Of a DNA stretch of 64,000 bases, positions 22,301 through 28,606 are shown piece after piece. Source of the stretch: an uncultured Clostridia bacterium. GTDB lineage: Bacteria > Bacillota > Clostridia > TANB77 > CAG-508. How positions within the stretch are numbered: the stretch's first letter is position 1; every line of letters begins with the position of its first letter. The notes beneath the pieces were generated by a model. The model was not told the origin of the DNA, did not search any database, and worked only from the letters and a program-made list of their open reading frames with translations. The DNA lies in the NCBI GenBank assembly GCA_934153805.1, contig CAKPFO010000002.1, positions 26,419 through 90,418 of the forward strand. Direction: 5' to 3'. The translations under genes and the position numbers were made by a program.

Positions 22301-25300
22301 GTAAATAATAACTCTCTATTTGTATATGTGTCTTGCATTGTTATTGTTACTTTTCCATTAGTTACATTTGTAGATTTAGTTTCTACTATTTTATTTGAAT
22401 TTGTTACATCTGTAATTGTAAGTGATATTGGACCATCTAGATTTTCATCTGTATCTGAGTCTTTTAAGTTTACAGTTACACTTAATGGATTATGTAACTC
22501 TTTATTTAATAAACCTACATATAATGTGTTTCCACCTATGCTGTTATATTTTCCAATGTCATAAGTGTTATATTCATAACCTATTCTTTGGTCTTCAACA
22601 TACCAAAACCATCTATAATAGTATGAATAATACCTTTTTATAGTTTGTATACCTGTTGCTACTCCATCTGCACTAATTCCTCCTACTGCAATTTCATCCA
22701 TGTCTAGCCCTGCTCCTATAGTTCCAGTTGCTACATTTCCATCAGCATCAAATTCTACTATCACTTTAGCATCGTTTGAATTTCTTTTGTAATTTAATTC
22801 TGCTACATTCTCTTTTATAGTAAACTCTACTGTTTTATTTTTATAATCTTTATATAATGCTACTTTATGTGTTCCATCTGTGTCATTTGGAGAATCTATT
22901 AATGTTGCTTTTGCAGTTTCATATATCTCTGTATCTGCCACTCCACCATTAACCAATCTTGCTTCTATATCTATATCTAATGCACTTATAAGTTTAAATC
23001 CATTTGATATAGATGTTCCATCTATATTAAAGAATCTTAAAAATCTTTCTGCACCAGTATATGTTGTATTTATAGTCTTGTTTTCATAAGTTGAACTACA
23101 GTTACAAATATCAGTATGATAATGCCAATATTCATTTTTATAATAGTTATATGAGTAATCCCAACTTCCATATCTTCTATTATATATATTAAAGCTTACT
23201 GTTGGTTCTGCAGGTGCTGGGGTATCCCCACCAGTACTTCCTCCGCCTGTACTTCCTCCACCTGTGCTTCCTCCACTCGTGCTTCCACCAGGTACTACAA
23301 TTGGTGTAGGGTCTTCTGCTGTAATTTTAACTTTTACTATTGTTCTTTTATTTCCACTTGCATCTGTCGTTACTTCTATATTTATCTCTATATTTTTAGT
23401 AGATGTTGTTTCTGGATCATATATAATATTGCCAGATGCATCTAATGTTAATGTTAATATCTTTGTATCACTGTCTAAATTACATCCTATAGCTGCTTCC
23501 TTTTCTGTTAATATTACAGTTGTTTTGTCTTTCTTTAATATTAAATCTGTAATTTCTGTTCTTGAATCAATTACAGTGTTTAATGAACTTATACTTTGTT
23601 CAGCATATGGTCTTATTTCTATATCATATTTAGAACCTGATACTACATTTCCATCTTTATCTACTTTTGTTATATCAATATCATATACGCTTCCTGCAGA
23701 TGCTGATATATTAGTATCTATATAGTTTGTTACCTTTAATTCTACTGTAACTTCATTATTTGTTGTATCATAATTTACTAATTTTTGCTCTAATATCTCA
23801 TTTCCTTGTAAATATGATTCTCCCAAATATCTTACTATTCCTGATGTTTTATCAAATCTTATTTCCATTTTTATTGGATTACTTGGTAATTCATATGGTG
23901 AAACAGTTGCCTTTTCTGTAATTGTATATTCATAGCTTTTTCCTTCAGTCGCACTAAATGGTGCTTTTACTGCAACATATCCATTAGTGTCTGTTACGAC
24001 TGTTTGTTTATAATTAGTGCTAGGCTCTGTTATTTCAAATTCAACACCAGCTAAGTTTAGAGTTCCATCTTTATTAGTTGCAGCCATTTTAAATATAACA
24101 TTTGTATATTCTATTGATTGAAGTACATCTTTTACTTGTACATCTCCGGTTGAATCTACATTAACATTTAATGTATCTATATTATTTAAATATGTTTTTA
24201 CTAAATCTCCATCTGTATTTCTTGTTAATTTTACAGTTTTTACTGTTGAATCTATCTTATATCCATTTATTGAATCTGTTTGTTGAATTTCTACTTCTAT
24301 TGTATCATCATTTGGTAAAGTAATTTCTATTTTTCCATTAGAATCTGTTTTATAAGTATCTATAGATACCATAGATCCTACTATCTTTACTTTATATTGT
24401 ACATTTGCTAATCCAGTATTATCTAATGAGCTTATAGTGTTTAAAACTAATTTATTTGCTCCCGCAAATGTAGAAGGTTTTATTTTTATATCTACATTTG
24501 CAGTGTATTTATAATAATCAGCATCATTATCTTCTGTTTTGTAAATATTTATCTTATCATCTGAAGATGTTTCATTTGCTTCAATTATTTTTTTATTTCT
24601 GTCATAGCTTATAGAAAAGATTATATTTGAAGTAATGATATTTGCATCATCTGGGACAATTTTATATAAAACATCACCTTCTGCATCTGTTGTTACTCCT
24701 GTAATCTCAAGAAGTCCATTGCTATCAGTCTTTCCTCCTCCTATAACTTGTCCTGTATATAAATTATATACTTTTAATCCTATATTATCTACTTTTGTTA
24801 GACTGCTATTGCTTAACATTGTTCTTATTTTTATTGCATTTGTAGATTGTTTTTCTTCATTAGTTAAAGTTGCATATAAAGTTTTTGTAGCTAAATCAAA
24901 TTTACTAAATACTCCTGACATTGATGCCATATTATATGTTATAGTTTCATCATCTTTTCTTTCTATAGTAATATATCTATCTAATTTTTCTACAGCATAT
25001 CCAGCAGGTGCATTTATGTGTTTAAATGTTAACTTTAATAATCCTTTTCCATATAATCCATCAATTTTTAAGTTTCCAGATGCATCTGTTTTTGCACTTG
25101 CAGTTGTATATTGTAAACCTTTTCCATCATCAACTTCTATTTGGTATTCACTATCTTGTAAATCTGCCTTTGTTGCTATATCTTTTACATTTACGCTAAC
25201 ACTAAAGCTTGTATTGTCTATTCTCGCGTTTTTTACTGTTATTTCAGGTTTTGAAGTATCTGGAATAGTCACATTGCTATTAGCGGCAAATAATTTTTGT

Positions 25301-28300
25301 TCTATCTTACTTACATTTCCATCAGCGTCAAATGTTACTTTTAAGTTTATAGAGCCAACATTTGAGTACATTGAATTTACAGTTTCTTGTGTAAGCACAT
25401 ATTCTTTAGATGTATTTACTCCTCCTATTACACTAGTCAAGGTTACTTCTCCATTTACAGTAGTTCCTCTTGTAAGTTCTATTCCACCTTGTTTTAAAAC
25501 AAACTCTGTATTTGATATTAAATTAGAAGATATTGCATCTTTATTAACAATCTTTAAATCGAATTTTTTTCTTTCAACTGGAACCTTAACAGTTAATGTT
25601 TGATTTCCATTACTCAAGTTAGTTACCACATCACTAGATGATGATGTTGTATCTACTACTATACTATATGCACTAGTATCTATACTTACATTTTTATATG
25701 GTGCTACATCATAGCCAACTGCAGCAGAAATATTATCTATTTTTATCTTCTTTACATCTTTTAGTCTTGCTTTTTCTATTGTTATTTTTCCATTCTTATC
25801 TGTTGTTTTATTTTTTGCAATTTCAACAGTTGTTCCATCTGCATATTCACCTATTACATCATATTTTACATCTTTTACTGTTGCATTCGTATTACTATCT
25901 ACTGCTTGAATAATTAACTCATAAGTTGGTTCTATATAGTATTCGCCAACTATTCTTTCTTCTGTTTCTATTCCAGAATTATTTTCAGCAATTACATGTA
26001 AATATATTTTTTTGTCCCAATCTCTAGCTGGTATTGTTAATGTAGTATTAAATATTTTTCCACTATTTATTGTTACTTCTGTAAAATCACTTGCTTGTGC
26101 TGGTGCTTCACTTGTTGTAAATGCATATTTGTATTTCTTCAATCCGCTCTCATTGTCTAAAATTTTTACATCTATATTTATATCTTCATTATATGTTTTC
26201 TTACTTGTAGGGTCTATTATTATTATTGGTGCTGTAGTATCATCGGTTACAGTTATGGTTTGTTTAAATGCATTAGAAGATATTACTGTTCCTGAAACAT
26301 TTTTTGAAACAATTAACTGAATATCGTATTTTCCTACTCCATATGCTGGATTTGCACTTGTTGAAAAATCTACTATAGGAGTACTTCCTGTATATACATC
26401 TGTTTTTACTCCTCCAGCATTTGTTTTTGTAACCTTCCATTCATATGTTAAACTTGCTCCAGATGGATCATAAGACTCATCAACTATGTTTAATCTATCA
26501 TATATAGATATTTCTTTTTCTAGAACTTTAAATTGTGCTATTGGTTTTGCGCTAGTAACTCCTGTTGTTACATTTTTAATTGCTTCAGTTTGAACTCCTT
26601 GATAATCTGTTACAGTTAATTTAATATAATAGTCTGTATTTGCATCCAAAGTAACATCTACTTGTTGTCCTATTCCTGTACTTGGTATTTCTACCCAGCT
26701 TGAATCTCCTACTTTTTTGTATTCCCATTTTTCGGCTTTTATACCATTATTTGCAACTTGATTTGCATATTCGCTAGATGTCTTTTCTATATCTAAGTCA
26801 TATGAGGTACTATTTAATGTTAAATTTTGTCCACTTAAATTCATATTAAATGAAGATATTGGTCTTCTATGTGCATAAACTTCTGTTACTAGTTTTCCCT
26901 CACAGTAAATGCTATATTTTCCAACATTATCAAATGAATTTATTAAATCATTACTATACATACTATCTTGAGGATATTGTCCTTGTGGATTTTCATAATA
27001 GTTATAGTCATGTTCTACTTTCCATACTCCGTTTGGATATTGTGTAGTAGGAGTTGTTACAACTCCTGAAATTGGTTGTGTTATTTTTACATTAACAGCT
27101 TCCCCTGCTATTATTGTATTAGATACTTTCCCCTTAACTATCTTTTTCAAATAATTTGCTGTAGCTTCTACAGCATCACTAGATGAATTTTCAATAAATA
27201 TACCATTATTATTATTTTGTTGAATTATGTTATTTATTTGATCATTATTAGCACTAGTTCCCCAACCTATATAATATACATTATTGTTCATTAATTTAGT
27301 AATAACTTCTGTTAATTCACTAGAATCTGAAAACTCTTCATTTTCTTCATCTTCTACATTTATTAATATTCTAGTTGACCCATTTCTCCAAGTTGGAGCT
27401 TGCAATACTTCTGTAAATTTCTTTGTTACTTCTACTTTTAAGTCTATATTAGTTAATGTAAATTGTCCTATATTGTTACATCCATGAGAATAGTGGTCTG
27501 AAAAGAATCCATATCCACTTCCATATGTTTGACCTTTTGGCATTGTGTATACGTATTCGCTAGTAAGTCCTCCACCATTAATTCTGATTTCTGTGTCTGT
27601 TACCTTTACAGATAAGTCTCCGCTTTGAGCTATACTAAGGCTTTGAACAAGCCATATATCAGTATTTCTTTGGAAAGATGCATAATTATTTTTATTATAT
27701 ATAAAGTGCCATAAACCTGCATTAGCCCCAATGTTGAATGCTCCTGAATTGTTAAAGCTTATCATATAACCTTCTATATATCCATTTGCATTTTGTTGAA
27801 CTCTTACAAGCATTCCTGCAGCATTAAAGCTATCACCAAAGTTTATAGAATATCCAAAATTAAAATTTTGTTCTTCATTTCCTTCTGGTATAATCCACAT
27901 TGCTTGCTTTCCTGCATTGCTTGTATTACCTTGCATAGAAATATTTTTACCATTATTGGTTGGTGTTATTGTTCCTATGCTAGATGTCTTGCTTTCTGTC
28001 CACTTCAATGTTTCTTGGCTTTCTACATTTTTAGTTTCTATTGCATCAATATTTAGTTTTCCAGCATCTATATCAGCCTGTGTCATGATATTTTGCCTGA
28101 TAAGTTCTGCTTTCAAGTCTTCCTCAAAATTTGCAACATTCGCTTGAGTCTTTGATTTAGTTAAAATTATATCTACATTTGGTGTTTGAGATATTTGAAT
28201 TTTTACTTCTTGTGTTGCAAAAACATAAGCACTAATACATGCAAGTATCAAAACTATACTTGTGCAAATTATCTTAATTATTGCTCTCTTTTCCAATCTT

Positions 28301-28305
28301 TTCAT
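13309..28305 (-). CDS. 4998-aa secreted giant adhesin: signal peptide, N-terminal globular region, dozens of SpaA/Cna-B-like beta-sandwich repeats, internal Gly/Ser/Thr linker, C-terminal dockerin
   Basis: Uninterrupted 15-kb ORF with RBS AAAGGAG. Signal MKRLEKRAIIKIICTSIVLILACISAYVFA. It holds reiterated ~90-100-aa units with ...TD.NG...I..L......Y.I.E...P.GY... and ...V.FD..G.I... signatures. GGSTSGGSTGGGSTGGGSTGG linker at about 23226-23290. C-terminal GDITGNGQVKTLDINKIKQH...AADINDDGEIKTLDVNKAKQ (about 13312-13510) is dockerin-like. No LPXTG motif or C-terminal TM helix. Confidence 0.9.
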   Translation of the reverse strand: MKRLEKRAIIKIICTSIVLILACISAYVFATQEVKIQISQTPNVDIILTKSKTQANVANFEEDLKAELIRQNIMTQADIDAGKLNIDAIETKNVESQETLKWTESKTSSIGTITPTNNGKNISMQGNTSNAGKQAMWIIPEGNEEQNFNFGYSINFGDSFNAAGMLVRVQQNANGYIEGYMISFNNSGAFNIGANAGLWHFIYNKNNYASFQRNTDIWLVQSLSIAQSGDLSVKVTDTEIRINGGGLTSEYVYTMPKGQTYGSGYGFFSDHYSHGCNNIGQFTLTNIDLKVEVTKKFTEVLQAPTWRNGSTRILINVEDEENEEFSDSSELTEVITKLMNNNVYYIGWGTSANNDQINNIIQQNNNNGIFIENSSSDAVEATANYLKKIVKGKVSNTIIAGEAVNVKITQPISGVVTTPTTQYPNGVWKVEHDYNYYENPQGQYPQDSMYSNDLINSFDNVGKYSIYCEGKLVTEVYAHRRPISSFNMNLSGQNLTLNSTSYDLDIEKTSSEYANQVANNGIKAEKWEYKKVGDSSWVEIPSTGIGQQVDVTLDANTDYYIKLTVTDYQGVQTEAIKNVTTGVTSAKPIAQFKVLEKEISIYDRLNIVDESYDPSGASLTYEWKVTKTNAGGVKTDVYTGSTPIVDFSTSANPAYGVGKYDIQLIVSKNVSGTVISSNAFKQTITVTDDTTAPIIIIDPTSKKTYNEDINIDVKILDNESGLKKYKYAFTTSEAPAQASDFTEVTINSGKIFNTTLTIPARDWDKKIYLHVIAENNSGIETEERIVGEYYIEPTYELIIQAVDSNTNATVKDVKYDVIGEYADGTTVEIAKNKTTDKNGKITIEKARLKDVKKIKIDNISAAVGYDVAPYKNVSIDTSAYSIVVDTTSSSSDVVTNLSNGNQTLTVKVPVERKKFDLKIVNKDAISSNLISNTEFVLKQGGIELTRGTTVNGEVTLTSVIGGVNTSKEYVLTQETVNSMYSNVGSINLKVTFDADGNVSKIEQKLFAANSNVTIPDTSKPEITVKNARIDNTSFSVSVNVKDIATKADLQDSEYQIEVDDGKGLQYTTASAKTDASGNLKIDGLYGKGLLKLTFKHINAPAGYAVEKLDRYITIERKDDETITYNMASMSGVFSKFDLATKTLYATLTNEEKQSTNAIKIRTMLSNSSLTKVDNIGLKVYNLYTGQVIGGGKTDSNGLLEITGVTTDAEGDVLYKIVPDDANIITSNIIFSISYDRNKKIIEANETSSDDKINIYKTEDNDADYYKYTANVDIKIKPSTFAGANKLVLNTISSLDNTGLANVQYKVKIVGSMVSIDTYKTDSNGKIEITLPNDDTIEVEIQQTDSINGYKIDSTVKTVKLTRNTDGDLVKTYLNNIDTLNVNVDSTGDVQVKDVLQSIEYTNVIFKMAATNKDGTLNLAGVEFEITEPSTNYKQTVVTDTNGYVAVKAPFSATEGKSYEYTITEKATVSPYELPSNPIKMEIRFDKTSGIVRYLGESYLQGNEILEQKLVNYDTTNNEVTVELKVTNYIDTNISASAGSVYDIDITKVDKDGNVVSGSKYDIEIRPYAEQSISSLNTVIDSRTEITDLILKKDKTTVILTEKEAAIGCNLDSDTKILTLTLDASGNIIYDPETTSTKNIEINIEVTTDASGNKRTIVKVKITAEDPTPIVVPGGSTSGGSTGGGSTGGGSTGGDTPAPAEPTVSFNIYNRRYGSWDYSYNYYKNEYWHYHTDICNCSSTYENKTINTTYTGAERFLRFFNIDGTSISNGFKLISALDIDIEARLVNGGVADTEIYETAKATLIDSPNDTDGTHKVALYKDYKNKTVEFTIKENVAELNYKRNSNDAKVIVEFDADGNVATGTIGAGLDMDEIAVGGISADGVATGIQTIKRYYSYYYRWFWYVEDQRIGYEYNTYDIGKYNSIGGNTLYVGLLNKELHNPLSVTVNLKDSDTDENLDGPISLTITDVTNSNKIVETKSTNVTNGKVTITMQDTYTNRELLFTLFQTSGATNGSKNYIDNSANQIQFKAKLDDEGNIIEFTEVSTPSNAICDGASNTDIEYTIYNDMKYNFAINLTKQDEAGAGLKGVRVKETTSIIDNATTGAMTQVFTGGSALTDNNGNVKIKIDLPETPTYNYYSKAIEIKLDEYYVPDNYIAQKDLKVRVLFDKSGKVKDASLVSGAGDKVLLITKQNNVSSTDVEKSSIDLTMVNKLIEDKPYIDIVNEDVDDENVKLEGTKYKVTVWDEDDYVKNTLVTNEIKYSAVTDTNGNTSILFDNAHALRTMIFQIQEIQSSNSYKKNDDIILKVVYDEEGKMVSLPQIINPQTLINAKGNTINVVTIVGNPVGSEQLQLKIVNELEPKFNININRKDSDGNILTGKSFKAVVKEDDGSGVETIVETRMSKVTSTGYTIGIKTDTTSKNLTFAIYEETGDEFTLRGTAKIEFDRYAKVKTADIEGKYIEESNSSANAGNDYMNLTIVAEIFRIKIKVEDTTLSGLDLSGYKFEVLNSKNERNDTTTGTNSTGSVINFSGEVYKGETITYAIKQEQSPINYNDVSAVSLTVEFDDNGDIASCTPATIPDVYDLITTVRDTSDKSNMEIKMYTTSALRNLVQVEVTDEADDTQKIGTAVYNVSIDGASKGLLAVADGDGEIDLGSYKNYKEKTVLFNIEQTNVDSTYMINDKPIQISVTYDDEGLITDARIIATNGYVEIDTANTIGTGTLTLKDANKKKTEMKIIAHNSESDTVLIDGATFKIEEVGKTTIYSDTKTTGTNGEATLYVGPYYNDLDVTYKISNSTMNREYDKVADAQFTVHYDSNGKIVSVNMSEDVKKYINITIPTTDTPDLEIKIKVRPLFTIGVDAVDKDSGTRLIGARYEISQVTNTTNKDTVITQTIGTVHAAIGKPEAGKAIEYQIVEKGAPLGYKEINKNNVIGKIKVTYDTDGQIVPGSQTVTAGYDYIDINSTSDKEAKFDLDIKVKYEEVEEFKVIIENYNILNNSQKIQADFNAYLTSGQSASMTTDSTDGIGVLNFGKLTKSNPILTISQSNVQGNYLTIGQIKIRLNIDVNGKITAITTLGGSGVATENVAYTIDSTGSYTIKITVKNNPLTTIKLRNISDGNSEDKLQSTHELSANNISTMQLVTTDGEATATLESVPKSQTIRYTLTQTSVDRGYKLNKNIVLVVHYDSNGIIDSAPYTLTGSSYADSSVVSVKSWNAYQVELEIKNKQIFEIYLKAEDAYDSSIPLTGVAVRIKETTYSNTQLTLTTDSTGVAYSPLGTTYAGNTLIYDIDVQNNLTGYDKDSRNISSLIRIPFDSNGNINASGISSSNSQVEVEYKTGLAIEIKVKYIPVIQMEVTRRNTATNAPITGRRMQITSTAMRNNVNQSTDGNGKISVTDAGRINVATPVVYNISENSLSGYNAIEALDPFTVTVMYDANGYISGYTSSLTENITLGGIGTRKLDIELGSGAKSSVGIVNSDSYIGTERITGTYEITSSKGEKITINAIKGTTSAIEKLGKYYPGEEIEYTIHQTTAQIGYQKINDVKFKVEYKADGTIGNVTSTNTDILTIGTTNQTASKTIANINLEIHSKPILMVKINAIDKQYNSGVEGLQFKIKDEKSGVETTLPYKTDDNGSVTIPVYEAYENTHVTYTVTQIETKGGYKAMSSFSVIVEYGAYGTIVETGTYVINTSDVTLTEQYSEKLYTNTKLRGIELNTKVESEMGIGIEKKDVNGNIIKGVEYTISSKDISTSDVNGITKATNDAGEIVQYFGNLPINKVMEYTISEVQAPAGYRKVEDTVIRVYFDNSGRVISYTPVKVPSNVNVEVATSDLLKMEATKEVVHIKLNIVNDDRVTFKIVNLQNNTKEPIKDSEITMSVEDVSGIIKNATVNTNIDGIATIENVDASGTIKFYFNQTNVPTGISRNTVNSGYISINKRTDVYQITFNDSTDNLEYEIDSETGIVTVYLYNDNNLTLNIIDVDAETFDPALNATHIVKAQYGEKTDDEDTILASTTNEISYNGGNEYTSIDGITTIDLGKTYDFAGKKVIYTITTPTSATGFNQIGKVRLVVEFDSKGNITSLNGISSRLLTGTGYTGLTMNAIIGYGNNDFYTIKVAKEDSNTGLRVNGAIFDINIENNSNNVESLTNLTTQDDVVGTHIVDSGVIDFKKLKYEGNVKLSITETAVPSGYKEDKLNSPIEVAFDVTLDKTDPDDILLKVENVDSNGVKVTYNKYTKEIEITITNDPVLYLNVDKVDESGNAILGMEFTVKIQEKGTANVEELGKFKTDDAGRIELKLDNKYADKSVLLMLEETKIYEYQAIDPIIIDAYINEQGKIQTIVMTSGEKNAEIIDSTENSMHIKVTNKLEEYVKPYSITITKVDENDHNIKLKDVLFQVKVVPEVGNAIYKTGKTDTNGKIVINNLVGSGTIKIDVIEALTPSGYEISANNGKYTYEVTKLNDSLQKVVSNNDDSLWNIDNNTKSIDITIENRLEKIGLAFEKVDENNEKIKIQGAEYKLTNTATGEEMLKESDNNGIVYFALDKVFSSSPIAYTLEETKAPSGYELDSTVRTIYVQSDTSTGNIKNIMESTGLQVMEQKEKYAKIKITDKQKDIGVPPYRIELINVDRDDTSIPIENAMFDINITQTIGASALAITDQSTDATGYIPTITPVNGAGDIRIDISNTLAGSGYEINNNTTYVELSRDTNSGTITITNAYGVGAVYDPATDTVRITFESKKEKNKYSLKINVMDNDTGNMITDTNAKYKVTINGYAISKNIDANGQIVLRGLDIPNVTDFVISIQEEQVPSGKNSIKDTQEVKVDVATIYGDKYVKDATVIAGSNLVKQTTSSTSLELCLLYAAASSSGDISTPLYLKSDTYRVSDDYVERVNSNTTVADFLANMESNGTMVVYDKNGNAVSNTSLVGTGMKIVATKGTEQIEKEISVIGDITGNGQVKTLDINKIKQHRIGTNILTGAYYLAADINDDGEIKTLDVNKAKQIYVSSTIN

Positions 28306-28606
28306 ATGTTTCTACTCCTTTATTATATATTCTTTGATAGTTTAACATATGTTTTTTATTAACTCAATAAAGCTATTTTCTATATTACATTATTAAAATT
28401 TCATTTTTACTTACGGTTTTTTATGATTGCATATTTAATTATTCTATTTTTACTTTTTTTTATCATTTTTATTACATTTATCATTATTTTTATACTTTTT
28501 TCTACGCATTTGCCACTTTCTTCATTTTTCTTTCATTCAAAAAAAGTATCATTAGAATTCACTTATACAAGAGAATATCTTAATGATACTTTTTAATTTC
28601 TTTCTC

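Noticed and set aside
7649-28305. A classical cellulosome locus
   Set aside because: Cohesin-like and dockerin-like modules are present, but I recognised no glycoside hydrolase, CBM, multi-cohesin scaffoldin or SLH anchor. The cargo is a protease and an adhesin, so I interpret it as a non-cellulosomal use of the pair.
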